From Bacteroidales bacterium (GTDB lineage: Bacteria > Bacteroidota > Bacteroidia > Bacteroidales > UBA1715), in contig JAZRVS010000032.1 in the NCBI GenBank assembly GCA_045599365.1, positions 236 to 64,235 of the forward strand: a stretch of 64,000 nucleotides of DNA. Direction: 5' to 3'. The notes beneath the pieces are model-generated. The model was not told the origin of the DNA and ran no database searches. It worked only from the letters and a program-made list of their open reading frames with translations. Every line of letters begins with the position of its first letter. Within the stretch, counting starts at the first letter, position 1. Below, in pieces: positions 28,214-39,180 of this stretch. A program made the position numbers and the translations under genes.

Positions 28214-30778
28214 TTATATCCAACGAACGTAAGAGAAATCTTGACGATATGGAAGATTTTTGTTAGAAGGATACATTCGAATACCATAGTTAAATATACC
28301 AGAACGATTTGGTGTTGTTGCTAATGTGTAAACAGCCAAATTACCTTCCATTGCGGAGAATGTAAATGGATGGCATTTAACAATTTCGCGTTCTTCAGCC
28401 TCATTTTGTTCTGTTAAAATGAATTCAAAATTGATATCTTCTGGTTTCAAGCCTTTAAGGTCAACTTTAATAGTTCCGTTGTATGGCTCACCAAGTTTAA
28501 AAGGTTCGTTTGATTTGTCAATTTCAACAGATTCAACGTAGATTTGATCCCAAACTTCTGCAACTTTTTGTTTCCAACTAACTAATTCGTCAACAAGTTT
28601 ATAGTTGTCTTTTTTCAAAATTGCAGCACGTTCTCCCAATTTGTTATAGAAATGTTCTTTGTAGTCATCAATCATACGTTTTGTTGTGAATTCAGGAGCG
28701 ATTTCAGCAACGCATTTTTTGAAATATTGAATCCATGCATGAGGAACATCATCAACGCCACGTTCGTAGAACAATGGTACAATTTCGTTTTCCAAGATAG
28801 TGTAAATCATTTCACTATCAAGTTTGTTTTGCATATCTTGATTTTGATATGTACGTTTTTCAGGCAATGCCCAACCAGCACCTTCACGATAGCCTTCGCA
28901 CCACCAACCATCAAGTACGCTGAAGTTCATGGCACCATTCATTACAGCCTTCATACCTGATGTACCCGATGCTTCTAATGGTCGAGTTGGCGTATTCATC
29001 CAAATATCAACACCTTGTACTAACTGTTTGGCAAGATTCATATCGTAGTTTTCCAAGAAGACTATTTTACCCAAGAATTCAGGTAATTTGGAAATACGTA
29101 CAATTTCTTTAATAATATCTTGTCCTGGCTTATCTGCAGGGTGAGCTTTTCCTGCAAATACGAATTGTACTGGGTAGTCTGGATTGTTAACGATTTTGCT
29201 CAAACGTTCTAAGTTGCTAAACAACAAATAAGCACGTTTGTATGTGGCAAAACGGCGAGCAAAACCGATAGTCAATACATTTTTGTTTAATGTTTGGGTT
29301 ACGCGAACAATCTTCTTTGGATCTTCAAATTTGTCTGTCCATGATTTACGAAGAGCTTCTTTTGCGTATGTGATTAACTTTTCACGTTGAGCTTGACGAA
29401 TTTTCCAAATCTTTTCATCTGCAACACTATAGATTTTGTTCCAATATGATGCATCTGATTTATTTTCTAAAAATTCTTCTCCAAATGTTTCCTTGTATAA
29501 TTTTTGCCAAATTTTTGCAGTCCATGTTCCGTAGTGAACACCATTGGTAACATATCCGATAGGTGATTCATCAACTGTATAACCTGGCCATAAGTTTTTG
29601 AACATTTTTTGTGAAACAAGTCCGTGCAAACGGCTTACGCCATTGATGCCACACGATGTACAAATAGCAAAGTGACTCATAGAGAAGAATTCACCATTAT
29701 TATCTGGGTACATTCTACCAAGGTTCATAAATTCATTCCAATTTAACCCAAGACGTTCTGGGAATTGACCAAGATATGTCATCATCAATCCTTCTGGGAA
29801 AGAATCGTGTCCTGCTGGAACTGGAGTGTGAGTTGTGTACAACGAAGATGCACGAACAATTTCCAATGCTTTAGGGAAAGAACAATTTTCGTGTTTAATC
29901 AACGTACGAAGACGTTCCAAGTTGATAAATGCTGCGTGACCTTCATTACAATGGAACAAATCGCATTTTTCGCCAACAGCTTCCAATAAGCGTACACCAC
30001 CAATACCAAGCAACATTTCTTGTTTTAGACGATTTTCGTTATCACCGCCATACAATGCGTGAGTACAACCTTTATCGTCATCACGGTTTTCAGAAATATC
30101 AGTATCCATCAAATACAATTTGATTCGACCAACTTTCACCAACCAAATTTGTGCGTGCATAAGACGCCCTGGCATACCAACTTGAATCATCACTCGGTTT
30201 CCATTTGCGTCAACAACAGGAGAAATAGGTAATTCTGATTGATTTTGAGGATTATATTCTGCAATTTGGTCTCCTTCTAACGATAATGTTTGTTTGAAAT
30301 AACCATATTTATATAAGAAACCAACCGCAACCATATTTGTGTTAGTATCACTGGCTTCTTTCAAATAATCTCCAGCTAAAATACCAAGACCACCAGAGAA
30401 TATTTTTAATGAATCATCAAGACCATATTCCATACTAAAGTATGCAATACGAGGTGTTTTTTCGTCTGGTTGAACAGACATATAGTCATTGTATTTTTTC
30501 AATACAGAATTGTAACGATCAATAAAGTCTTGATCTTTTTCCAATTGACTCAATCGTTCAGCGCTAATACCTTTTAATACTGCGATTGGATTTTGTGTTT
30601 TTGCCCAAAGTTTTTCGTCTATTTCTTGGAACAATTCCATTGCTTCGTAGTTCCATGTCCACCAAAGGTTATTTGCTAATACACTCAAATTTTGCAAATT
30701 CTTTGGAAATGTTGACTGTACGATCACACTTCTCCATTGTGGATCGTTATGTCTGTTTTGATTTAAATTCGCTGCCAT
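28214..30778 (-). CDS. glgP: alpha-glucan phosphorylase (GT35)
   Basis: 854 aa. SMEYGL...GGLGILAGD and EASGTSGMKAVMNG (pyridoxal-phosphate lysine region) are typical of the alpha-glucan phosphorylase family. Confidence 0.9.
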   Translation of the reverse strand: MAANLNQNRHNDPQWRSVIVQSTFPKNLQNLSVLANNLWWTWNYEAMELFQEIDEKLWAKTQNPIAVLKGISAERLSQLEKDQDFIDRYNSVLKKYNDYMSVQPDEKTPRIAYFSMEYGLDDSLKIFSGGLGILAGDYLKEASDTNTNMVAVGFLYKYGYFKQTLSLEGDQIAEYNPQNQSELPISPVVDANGNRVMIQVGMPGRLMHAQIWLVKVGRIKLYLMDTDISENRDDDKGCTHALYGGDNENRLKQEMLLGIGGVRLLEAVGEKCDLFHCNEGHAAFINLERLRTLIKHENCSFPKALEIVRASSLYTTHTPVPAGHDSFPEGLMMTYLGQFPERLGLNWNEFMNLGRMYPDNNGEFFSMSHFAICTSCGINGVSRLHGLVSQKMFKNLWPGYTVDESPIGYVTNGVHYGTWTAKIWQKLYKETFGEEFLENKSDASYWNKIYSVADEKIWKIRQAQREKLITYAKEALRKSWTDKFEDPKKIVRVTQTLNKNVLTIGFARRFATYKRAYLLFSNLERLSKIVNNPDYPVQFVFAGKAHPADKPGQDIIKEIVRISKLPEFLGKIVFLENYDMNLAKQLVQGVDIWMNTPTRPLEASGTSGMKAVMNGAMNFSVLDGWWCEGYREGAGWALPEKRTYQNQDMQNKLDSEMIYTILENEIVPLFYERGVDDVPHAWIQYFKKCVAEIAPEFTTKRMIDDYKEHFYNKLGERAAILKKDNYKLVDELVSWKQKVAEVWDQIYVESVEIDKSNEPFKLGEPYNGTIKVDLKGLKPEDINFEFILTEQNEAEEREIVKCHPFTFSAMEGNLAVYTLATTPNRSGIFNYGIRMYPSNKNLPYRQDFSYVRWI

Positions 30779-30791
30779 TTACAGTTTTATA

Positions 30792-32264
30792 TTATTTATT
30801 GTTAGTTTTTTGTTTTTTTGTCGTCGATTTTGTTGTCTTTGTGGTTGCCTTTTTCTCTTTTTCAGTTTTTGTTGCTTTTGTTGCTTTTGTTGCTTTTGTC
30901 GTCTTTTTTTCTTTGACTACTTGGTTAGAAGCAGTTTTTTTCGTTGCTACCTTCTCAACTTTTTTAGAAGTTGTTTTTGTTTCTTTTTGTTTCTTTTTTG
31001 CATCTTCCAACTCTTTCAAAATAGCTGTATGTTTTGCAATTTCGGCATCAAGTTCATCTTTTGACAATGTTCCAAGTTTTGTACTCGTTGGTACTTTATT
31101 CAATTGTTCGGCGAAATCGGATACGATATTCATAAAGTTTATGAATGCTTCGTAAGGTGTTTGGTATGGACTAAAGCCAGCTTCATGATTGAAGAATTTC
31201 GTACTCATATAGTGGAAATTTTCGCTTGCTTGCAAACGATTCCAATCTGTTGTTAGTCTATCATCGTTTACCGCACGAACCAAACGGTGTAAAGAACTCA
31301 ATGTGTCAAACGCTTGTTTTTGAAGGTTATTTCCTAACCATGCAGATAAATCACGTTCTTCGTCAGCGCAAGATGTATATTGAGGAACACTCAAAACTGA
31401 AATTGGTTGTAGGTTCTTTATAACTTCAGAAGGTGTTACAAATGCTACATTTTTGTTAGCAACAATCATTGAAACAAAAGCCGAGAAAAAGTCAAATATG
31501 CCAGATTCAGCACGATTATGTACACCAAATGTGTTGTAGTCAAAAAACAAGTTTACTAATTCTTCTGATTCCAATGATTTTAAAATCCAAGCAGTGTATT
31601 TGTCAGCAGTTAGAGGCCATTCACTCCATGTTTGACGAGAAAAACGTAATGCTATGTCGTCTGTCAATTTGAAGTTGCGAAGAAGAACTTTTAGGCGAGG
31701 TTGTTTGTCGCAACAATACAAGAAATTTGGACTTTTCCATCCTAAAATTTGATCTGCGCCCTCAGCCAAAATACCATTGAACCCAAGATGATATATTTGT
31801 TCTCCTAATTCGTCAGAATAAACAAATCCTGTGTTTTTGAATACTTTAGGTTGTTGACCGAACAAAGCATTTATTTTTTCTACATTGGCTTGTGCTTGTA
31901 TTGCAAATTCATCGTTGTTGATAGTTGAAATCAACGAATGTGCATCTGTTTCTGCAACAAATTCAACACAACCTGTCTTTGCTAATTGTTTGAAACTCTC
32001 AATAACTTCAGGTGTGTACATTTCAAATTGTTCTAATGCACTTCCAGAGATAGAAAAACTCACTTTGAAAGCTTTCTTATTTGCATTAATAAGCGAAAGC
32101 AACAAGTTGTTCATCGGTATGAAGCACCGCTTCGCAATTGTCAACGCATTTGATTTGTTTGAAAAATCGTCATAATAATAGTGGTCCTGACCAATATCGA
32201 AGAAACGATACGAACGCAACCGAAATGGTTGATGAACCGAAAAATGCAAACAAATGTTTTTCAT
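30792..32264 (-). CDS. GH57-family alpha-amylase-like enzyme with Lys/Thr-rich C-terminal tail
   Basis: The N-terminus LHFSVHQPFRLRSYRFFDIG is GH57-like. The last ~70 aa are KKTTKATKATKATKTEKEKKATTKTTKSTTKKQK. Confidence 0.8.
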   Translation of the reverse strand: MKNICLHFSVHQPFRLRSYRFFDIGQDHYYYDDFSNKSNALTIAKRCFIPMNNLLLSLINANKKAFKVSFSISGSALEQFEMYTPEVIESFKQLAKTGCVEFVAETDAHSLISTINNDEFAIQAQANVEKINALFGQQPKVFKNTGFVYSDELGEQIYHLGFNGILAEGADQILGWKSPNFLYCCDKQPRLKVLLRNFKLTDDIALRFSRQTWSEWPLTADKYTAWILKSLESEELVNLFFDYNTFGVHNRAESGIFDFFSAFVSMIVANKNVAFVTPSEVIKNLQPISVLSVPQYTSCADEERDLSAWLGNNLQKQAFDTLSSLHRLVRAVNDDRLTTDWNRLQASENFHYMSTKFFNHEAGFSPYQTPYEAFINFMNIVSDFAEQLNKVPTSTKLGTLSKDELDAEIAKHTAILKELEDAKKKQKETKTTSKKVEKVATKKTASNQVVKEKKTTKATKATKATKTEKEKKATTKTTKSTTKKQKTNNK

Positions 32265-32270
32265 ATCTAA

Positions 32271-33572
32271 CTACCTTTCTGATAAATTTTTATACACTTC
32301 TTTGATTCGTTTTGCAGCATTATCCCATTTTATGCTGTCAACTTCTTTTTTTCCATATTCTCTAAACATTTGACCGAGAGCATCGTATGAAATAATACCA
32401 TAAATAGCATCTGCCATAGAATCAACATCCCAAAAGTCAACTTTTATGGCATGTTGTAATACTTCGGCAACACCAGATTGTTTAGAAATAATAACGGGCA
32501 CATTTGATCTCATTGCTTCCAATGGTGATATTCCAAACGGTTCTGATACAGAAGGCATTACGTAAACATCACTAATAGAAAGCATGTGAATAACGTCATC
32601 TCCTCTTAAGAAACCAGTAAAGAAGAAATTCTTTGAAATACCCAATTCGGCAGCGCGCCACATCATTTTTTCAAGCATATCGCCACTGCCAGCCATTACG
32701 AATTTTACATTCTTTTTCCTCTGTAAAACCTTTGCTGCGGCTTCCAAAAAATATTCTGGACCCTTTTGAAATGTAATACGCCCCAAGAATGTAACAATTT
32801 TGTCATCAAAAGATTTTTCAAATCGTAAAGATGATTTTGCTCCAATAGCTTCAACACCGTTATAAACGGTAGTTACTTTTGATTCAGGAACTCCATAGTG
32901 ATTGATAACTATGTTTCGAGTTAAATTGCTTACTGTCAAAACTCTATCTGCACAGTGCATTCCGCGTCGTTCCATATCGTAAACGATTTGGTTCACGTTC
33001 ATACCACTTCTATCAAATTCCGTCGCATGTACGTGTACAACAAGAGGTTTCCCTGATGCATTTTTTGCTGCAATCCCCGCATCATACGTCATCCAATCGT
33101 GAGCGTGTATTACGTCAAAATTAAATTTTTTTGCAATTTCTTCTGCAATATAAGCATAACTGCTTACTTCTTGCATAAGTCCACCACCATAGCCTCCATG
33201 AAGGTTTATTGTCCCAGTGTCGGCATTAGAGTACGTCTTGAATTGTCTATCAACAGAAACACGATTGTTAATTATATCGTAGTATTCATCTTCTGTGATG
33301 TAAGGAATCAAGTTGGCTCCAATAGTTACATATTGTATGTTCTTGTTCTTTTCTACTTCTGCACCGAAATGATAATGATTGATTTTTACTCGGATAGTAT
33401 TAGCACCTACAAGTTGCATTTTACTTTGATCCTCATCACCATAGGCACGCGGAACGACAAAAATAATGTCAACGCCCTGACGAAGCATAGCCTTTGTCAA
33501 GCCTAAACAAGCAGTTCCAAGACCGCCAGAAATATGTGGTGGAAATTCCCACCCAAACATTAGAACCTTCAT
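32271..33572 (-). CDS. GT4 glycosyltransferase, glycogen-synthase-like
   Basis: MKVLMFGWEFPPHISGGLGTAC plus a C-terminal PSVSEPFGISPLEAM motif, in a glycogen-operon context. Start moved to the ATG at 33572. Confidence 0.8.
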   Translation of the reverse strand: MKVLMFGWEFPPHISGGLGTACLGLTKAMLRQGVDIIFVVPRAYGDEDQSKMQLVGANTIRVKINHYHFGAEVEKNKNIQYVTIGANLIPYITEDEYYDIINNRVSVDRQFKTYSNADTGTINLHGGYGGGLMQEVSSYAYIAEEIAKKFNFDVIHAHDWMTYDAGIAAKNASGKPLVVHVHATEFDRSGMNVNQIVYDMERRGMHCADRVLTVSNLTRNIVINHYGVPESKVTTVYNGVEAIGAKSSLRFEKSFDDKIVTFLGRITFQKGPEYFLEAAAKVLQRKKNVKFVMAGSGDMLEKMMWRAAELGISKNFFFTGFLRGDDVIHMLSISDVYVMPSVSEPFGISPLEAMRSNVPVIISKQSGVAEVLQHAIKVDFWDVDSMADAIYGIISYDALGQMFREYGKKEVDSIKWDNAAKRIKEVYKNLSER

Positions 33573-33579
33573 ACCTTTT

Positions 33580-35529
33580 TTATTTTTGTTCTTCTGTTGT
33601 AAAATTTTCAATCAATTTACAAATTCGTAATGCTGCGCCAACCGACCACGCTTGAGAAATTGCGCCACGAGGCGTATAAGGAGGATTTCCATCAAACATT
33701 TCTCCGATTGTTCCCAATCCATATTCTTGTACCAAGTTCTCTAAATCGGCATAGATTCGTTTTATTTCAGATACACCAGAACGACCATGCAATTTTAAAT
33801 ATGCTTCAGCATACGGAGCTAAAAGCCACATTAAAACACCTCCGTTGTGGTATGCGATATCACGTTCTTCAATAGTACCTGTTATGGTCCCTTTGTAATC
33901 TCCACTTTTAGGTGATAAAGTTCTAATTCCACAGGGTGTAAGCAATTCTCGTCTCACGTGTTCAAGTACAGAATGACGTTTCTCATCATCAAGAGCAGAA
34001 AATGGCAATGAAGCCCCAAATATTTGACTTGGACGCATAGAAAAGTCTTTGTATCCATTTACACAAAAGTCTGCTAAATAACCTCGCTCTTCATCCCAAA
34101 ATGTTTCAACAAACGATTTTTCAATTTTTGCAGGAATATCTTTCCATTTATCATGGAATGACTTCTTTGTTATTAATTCTAATGCAAAGCAGATGGCATT
34201 ATACCATAAAGCGTTAACTTCAACAACATATCCCCAGCGTTTTACAACTGGAATACCATTGATTTTTGCGTCAACCCAAGTAAGTGCTTTATGTTCATTT
34301 GGCAAAAACAACAAGCCATTGTCATGCATAACCACATTGCCATTTTTTCCTGACATGTATGTATCAAGAATTTCTTCTACTTTCTTTTGATACAATTTGC
34401 GTGTTTGAGCAACGTCTTTTGTATTCCAATTGTATTGTTGTACAGAACGTATGAACCACAATGCGGTATCAATTGACTCTGTATTGGTGTGTTCTATGTT
34501 TCCTTTATTTTTGTAAATGTATCCATCAATATCAGGAGCCATTGTGTCAAGTACTGCACGACAAGTGTCCCAGTCGCCTTGAGCAAGCGTTAGTCCTGGT
34601 AATGAAACCAAACTGTCTCGTCCCCACAAACCTGTCCATGGAAAACTTGCAATCACTTCACACCCTTTAGGAGAACGATACATAAACTGACGAGCAGCAT
34701 GACGTAAACATTCTTCAAAATTGTTTTGAGAATCTCTTCCTTTGGTTTCTTTTTCAAATAGTGATTTTAACAAAGATGATTTGATTGCTTGTAATCCTGC
34801 AGAAAAGACTACTGAATCTCCTTCCTTCAACGACACTTCAAAGTATCCAGGAGTAAATAAATCTTCTTTACAATCATATCCACGTTCGCTTTCTCTGTCA
34901 TAGGTAAAATCTCTATACCAATCAGGAGCAGTGATAAATTCATTTTTCTTTGAAAGTTGCATATTCAAAGTCGGAAATTTCTCGTATAAACAACTTGCGA
35001 TACCATTTTCTATTACAGAATGACGTGTATTTGCAGATAAATTCGCATGAGTCATTTCATGAACTTTGCGGAATGCTAAGAATGGCCGTAATTGTAATGT
35101 TGCATTCTTTTGTGATGAACTTACAACAGAATAGCGAATCAAAAATCGTTCGTCATTGTCAACAAGAACCATCTCTTTTTTCAAAACTAAACCACCAACA
35201 CGAAAGACAATCGTTAAAATAGGTGAGTTTTTATATGATTCAATGTATTTGTATCCTGAAGGGAAAAATTCATTGTTGAATTTATGCGTAGCTAAATGAA
35301 ATGGAGTTTTTTCGAGAATAACTGTTTCGTCTAACGAGGATAAAAGCACATAGTTATCTCCATCAATTTCTTTGATAGGACTCACTAATAGTCCATGATA
35401 TTTACGAGTGTTACAACCAAGAATAGTTGAGTTCGCATACGATCCAGCTTTGTTCGTACGAAGGAATTCGCGTTGCAAAGAACTCTGTAAATCTGTAACT
35501 TGTTGACGAGAAAATTCTAAGTATTCCAT
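33580..35529 (-). CDS. glycogen debranching enzyme (amylo-alpha-1,6-glucosidase family)
   Basis: 649 aa. The N-terminus REFLRTNKAGSYANSTILGCNTRKYHGLL and a C-terminal (alpha/alpha)6-type region are typical of bacterial GDE-family proteins. Confidence 0.8.
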   Translation of the reverse strand: MEYLEFSRQQVTDLQSSLQREFLRTNKAGSYANSTILGCNTRKYHGLLVSPIKEIDGDNYVLLSSLDETVILEKTPFHLATHKFNNEFFPSGYKYIESYKNSPILTIVFRVGGLVLKKEMVLVDNDERFLIRYSVVSSSQKNATLQLRPFLAFRKVHEMTHANLSANTRHSVIENGIASCLYEKFPTLNMQLSKKNEFITAPDWYRDFTYDRESERGYDCKEDLFTPGYFEVSLKEGDSVVFSAGLQAIKSSLLKSLFEKETKGRDSQNNFEECLRHAARQFMYRSPKGCEVIASFPWTGLWGRDSLVSLPGLTLAQGDWDTCRAVLDTMAPDIDGYIYKNKGNIEHTNTESIDTALWFIRSVQQYNWNTKDVAQTRKLYQKKVEEILDTYMSGKNGNVVMHDNGLLFLPNEHKALTWVDAKINGIPVVKRWGYVVEVNALWYNAICFALELITKKSFHDKWKDIPAKIEKSFVETFWDEERGYLADFCVNGYKDFSMRPSQIFGASLPFSALDDEKRHSVLEHVRRELLTPCGIRTLSPKSGDYKGTITGTIEERDIAYHNGGVLMWLLAPYAEAYLKLHGRSGVSEIKRIYADLENLVQEYGLGTIGEMFDGNPPYTPRGAISQAWSVGAALRICKLIENFTTEEQK

Positions 35530-35558
35530 TTATCAAAAGGTTCTATTTCAGTCCGTGG

Positions 35559-35566
35559 CAAAATTA
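35559..35566 (-). promoter_or_regulatory. -7 element TAATTTTG (minus strand) for the glycogen operon
   Basis: TAnnTTTG, 30 nt upstream of start 35529. Confidence 0.35.
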
Positions 35567-35629
35567 GAAATTTTTTGCAAATAAAGAAATCAATTTTCTT
35601 CTTTATAATGAAAAAATTAGAGAATAATA

Positions 35630-35783
35630 TACAAGTTGGCAGTATAATCGTTTGTAATTGGGTGTCAGTAGTCAGTTTCCATTCTCAGTTTGATTTCCAT
35701 AAAGGAAAGTTGATTACATAAAGAGATTCGTTTGACAACTGATAACTGACAACTAAATTACTGTCAAGATGTATGTCATTGTC
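35630..35783 (+). repeat. ~150-bp dispersed intergenic repeat, copy 3
   Basis: See copy 1. It lies between the divergent glycogen-operon and thrS promoters. The terminal arms TTGGCAGTA/TACTGTCAA carry a compensatory change relative to copy 1. Confidence 0.8.
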
Positions 35784-35878
35784 AAAAATTATAAAAAATA
35801 TATGAGCGTTGTTAATATATAGATGTTGTCGCTAATGATATTTTTCTACATACTATTATAACGAATTTGAAATTTTAC

Positions 35879-35886
35879 TACCTTTG
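35879..35886 (+). promoter_or_regulatory. -7 element TACCTTTG for thrS-infC-rpmI-rplT
   Basis: TAnnTTTG, 22 nt upstream of ATG 35908. Confidence 0.45.
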
Positions 35887-35907
35887 CGTGCGAAAAATTA
35901 TATAGTA

Positions 35908-37854
35908 ATGATACAAATAACTTTTCCTGACGGTAGTGTTAAGGAGTTCAACAACGGAACTACTCCGTTGGAAATAGCACAAAGTTTGAGTTCTCAACTT
36001 GCTCGAGAGGTTGTGGTTGCAACTGTTAATGGTGTAGCTTGGGACTTGACTCGTGGTATTAATGAAGATGCAACTATTGCGCTTCATAAATTTGAAGATA
36101 AAGAAGGTAAACACGCTTTTTGGCATTCTTCAGCTCACCTTTTGGCTGAAGCATTACAAATATTATATCCAAATACAAAATTCGGAATTGGTCCAGCTAT
36201 CGAAAATGGATTTTATTACGATGTTGATCTTGGTGATGTTACTTTGACTGAAAAAGATTTGACGGCAATTGAAAATAAAATGCTTGAACTTGCTCGTCAA
36301 AAGAGTGATTATGTTCGTAAAGACGTGCCGAAAGCTGACGCATTGAAATATTTTGGTGATAAGAACGAGACGTACAAGGTTGAATTAATCAATGACTTGG
36401 AAGATGGTTCTATCACGTATTATACTCAGGGTTCATTCACTGATTTGTGTCGTGGTCCACATTTGCCAAATACAGAACCAATCAAGGCTGTGAAGTTGAC
36501 AAGTATTGCTGGTGCATATTGGCGTGGCGATGAAAATCGCAAGCAATTGACTCGTATCTATGGTATTACATACCCCAAAAAGAAAATGCTTGACGAATAT
36601 CTTGAACTTTTGGAACAAGCAAAACTTCGTGACCATAGAAAAATCGGTAAGGAAATGGAACTTTTTATGTTCTCCGATTTAGTTGGTAAAGGTTTGCCAA
36701 TTTGGTTGCCAAAAGGAACAGATTTACGTCTTCGTTTGGAAGATGCATTGAAGAAAATCCAAAAACGCTTTGGTTACCAACAAGTTATAACTCCTCATAT
36801 TGGAGGAAAGAACTTGTACGTAACTTCTGGACACTGGGATCATTATGGTAAAGATAGTTTCCAACCAATCACAACACCAGAAGAGGGCGAAGTGTATTTG
36901 TTGAAACCAATGAACTGTCCTCACCACTGTATGATTTATAAAAATGCACCTCGCTCGTACAAAGATTTACCATTCCGTTGTGCTGAATTTGGAACAGTAT
37001 ATCGTTATGAGCAAAGTGGTGAATTACACGGACTTACGCGTGTTCGTTCGTTTACACAAGACGATGCACACATTTTCTGCCGTCCAGATCAAGTAAAAGA
37101 TGAATTTTTGAAAGTAATTGATATTATCAACATTATTTTCAAGGCATTGAAATTTGATAAATTCGAAGCTCAAGTGTCTCTTCGAGATAAAACAAACACA
37201 ACCAAATATATTGGTAGCGATGAAGATTGGGAACGAGCAGAAAAAGCAATTATTGAGGCTGCAGCAGAAAAAGGTTTGAATACAATAGTTGAATACGGAG
37301 AAGCTGCATTCTACGGACCAAAATTGGACTTTATGGTTCGCGATGCACTTGGAAGAAGATGGCAATTGGGAACAATCCAAGTTGACTACAACTTGCCAAA
37401 ACGTTTTGATCTCGAATACATAACAAGCGAAAACACAAAAGAACGTCCAGTTATGATTCATCGTGCACCATTTGGCTCAATGGAGCGTTTCGTTGCTGTG
37501 TTAATTGAACACACTGCGGGAAGATTCCCATTGTGGTTGACTCCAGACCAAGCAGTAATCATACCTGTAAGCGAAAAATATAACGAATATGCGAAAAAAG
37601 TTTTGAATTTATTAAATAATTCCGATATTCGCACGCTCATTGATGATAGAAACGAAAAGGTTGGTAAAAAGATACGTGATAATGAGTTGAAACACATTCC
37701 ATACCTTCTTGTAGTGGGAGAGAACGAGCAAAATGAGGGTACTGTTTCTGTGAGAAAACAAGGCGAAGGAAATGGTGCTGAAGTAATGAAAAATGAAGAT
37801 TTTGTTTTGATGATTTCTGCCGAAGTTGCCGAACAAATGAATGAATTGAGATAA
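35908..37854 (+). CDS. thrS: threonine--tRNA ligase
   Basis: [14 protein letters not shown] (TGS domain), the class II core and an anticodon-binding domain. Start at the ATG at 35908. Confidence 0.95.
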   Translation: MIQITFPDGSVKEFNNGTTPLEIAQSLSSQLAREVVVATVNGVAWDLTRGINEDATIALHKFEDKEGKHAFWHSSAHLLAEALQILYPNTKFGIGPAIENGFYYDVDLGDVTLTEKDLTAIENKMLELARQKSDYVRKDVPKADALKYFGDKNETYKVELINDLEDGSITYYTQGSFTDLCRGPHLPNTEPIKAVKLTSIAGAYWRGDENRKQLTRIYGITYPKKKMLDEYLELLEQAKLRDHRKIGKEMELFMFSDLVGKGLPIWLPKGTDLRLRLEDALKKIQKRFGYQQVITPHIGGKNLYVTSGHWDHYGKDSFQPITTPEEGEVYLLKPMNCPHHCMIYKNAPRSYKDLPFRCAEFGTVYRYEQSGELHGLTRVRSFTQDDAHIFCRPDQVKDEFLKVIDIINIIFKALKFDKFEAQVSLRDKTNTTKYIGSDEDWERAEKAIIEAAAEKGLNTIVEYGEAAFYGPKLDFMVRDALGRRWQLGTIQVDYNLPKRFDLEYITSENTKERPVMIHRAPFGSMERFVAVLIEHTAGRFPLWLTPDQAVIIPVSEKYNEYAKKVLNLLNNSDIRTLIDDRNEKVGKKIRDNELKHIPYLLVVGENEQNEGTVSVRKQGEGNGAEVMKNEDFVLMISAEVAEQMNELR

Positions 37855-37884
37855 ATATTAGTATAAACAAGATAAAACAAATAA

Positions 37885-38418
37885 ATGGGAGCAGCTAACG
37901 AATTAGCCGATAACTTTAAAACAAATCATGCCATTAGGGCACGTGAAGTACGCTTGGTTGGTGACAATGTTACGCAAGGTGTGTATTCAATTTTTGATGC
38001 ATTGAAAATTGCTGACGATCAAAATCTTGATTTAGTTGAAATTTCTCCAAATGCTGATCCTCCAGTTTGTCGTGTTATAGATTTTCAAAAGTTTCTTTAT
38101 AGTATGAAGAAGAAACAAAAAGAAATCAAAGCTAATAGTGCGAAAGTAGAAGTAAAGGAAATACGTTTTGGTCCTCAAACAGATGAACACGATTATCAGT
38201 TTAAATTGAAACACGCACAAAAATTTATTGCTGAAGGAGCAAAGGTTCGTGCGTACGTGTTCTTCAAAGGTCGTTCAATTTTGTACAAAGAACAAGGAAC
38301 AGAAGTTTTAACTCGTTTCATTAGTGATTTGGAAGATGTTGCAAAACTTGACCAAGAACCAAGATTGGAAGGGAAAAGAATGTTTATTATTCTTTCTCCT
38401 ATCTCTAAGAAAAAATAA
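37885..38418 (+). CDS. infC: translation initiation factor IF-3
   Basis: [12 protein letters not shown]...[20 protein letters not shown] is the IF-3 signature. Confidence 0.9.
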   Translation: MGAANELADNFKTNHAIRAREVRLVGDNVTQGVYSIFDALKIADDQNLDLVEISPNADPPVCRVIDFQKFLYSMKKKQKEIKANSAKVEVKEIRFGPQTDEHDYQFKLKHAQKFIAEGAKVRAYVFFKGRSILYKEQGTEVLTRFISDLEDVAKLDQEPRLEGKRMFIILSPISKKK

Positions 38419-38445
38419 TTGTTTAACTAAATAAAGTGAAGTAAA

Positions 38446-38640
38446 ATGCCTAAAATGAAATCTAAATCCAGTGCAAAAAAACGTTTTACTATAACGGGTT
38501 CTGGTAAAATCAAACGTAAAAAAGCGTTTAAAAGTCACTTGTTAACAAGAAAAGAAACGAAGCAAAAAAGAAATCTTCGTTATGCTACAACGGTTGACAA
38601 GACAAATGAAAAGAGCGTAAAAACAATGCTCGCAATTTAA
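38446..38640 (+). CDS. rpmI: 50S ribosomal protein L35
   Basis: [14 protein letters not shown]..., 64 aa. Confidence 0.9.
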   Translation: MPKMKSKSSAKKRFTITGSGKIKRKKAFKSHLLTRKETKQKRNLRYATTVDKTNEKSVKTMLAI

Positions 38641-38715
38641 TTTATTGTATAACAATGATTCTGCAGCTAAGAACTAATGAGATAAGTAGTCGCGAATCGT
38701 TAAAATTTTAAAGGT

Positions 38716-39060
38716 ATGCCTAGATCAGTAAACAATGTTGCGTCAAGAGCACGCAGAAAGAAAATCTTAAGCCAAACAAAAGGTTATTTTGGTGCAAGAA
38801 AAAATGTGTACACAGTTGCAAAAAATACTTTAGAAAAAGGTTTGCAATATGCGTATAGAGATAGAAAAGCTAAAAAGAGAAGTTTCCGTGCATTGTGGAT
38901 TCAAAGAATCAATGCAGGTGTTCGTGCGTATGGAATGACTTACTCTCAATTTATTGGTGCGTTAGCAAAGAACAATATTACATTAAACCGTAAAGTTCTT
39001 GCTGACTTAGCAATGAATAACCCAGAAGCTTTTGAAGCTGTTGTAAAAGCAGTAAAATAA
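38716..39060 (+). CDS. rplT: 50S ribosomal protein L20
   Basis: [18 protein letters not shown]...[20 protein letters not shown]. Confidence 0.95.
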   Translation: MPRSVNNVASRARRKKILSQTKGYFGARKNVYTVAKNTLEKGLQYAYRDRKAKKRSFRALWIQRINAGVRAYGMTYSQFIGALAKNNITLNRKVLADLAMNNPEAFEAVVKAVK

Positions 39061-39083
39061 ATTTTTTGAAACAATTATTTTTA

Positions 39084-39110
39084 GGGAAGTCTCGGGCTTC
39101 CCTTTTTTTT
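39084..39110 (+). terminator. rho-independent terminator after rplT
   Basis: GGGAAG-tctcggg-CTTCCC followed by T8. Confidence 0.7.
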
Positions 39111-39180
39111 AATAATACATATCTAAGAAATCATTGATAAAAAAAGACAACTGATTTCGGGAAATTGAAAACTCTAAAAT

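Noticed and set aside
30586-31155. 189-aa plus-strand ORF rich in Phe/Val, plus 30810-31064
   Set aside because: It is the antisense reading of the Lys/Thr-rich tail and C-terminal region of the GH57 gene. This is a low-complexity mirror artefact.
37024-37880. Cluster of 74-145-aa minus-strand ORFs
   Set aside because: All are antisense to thrS, whose identity is unambiguous.
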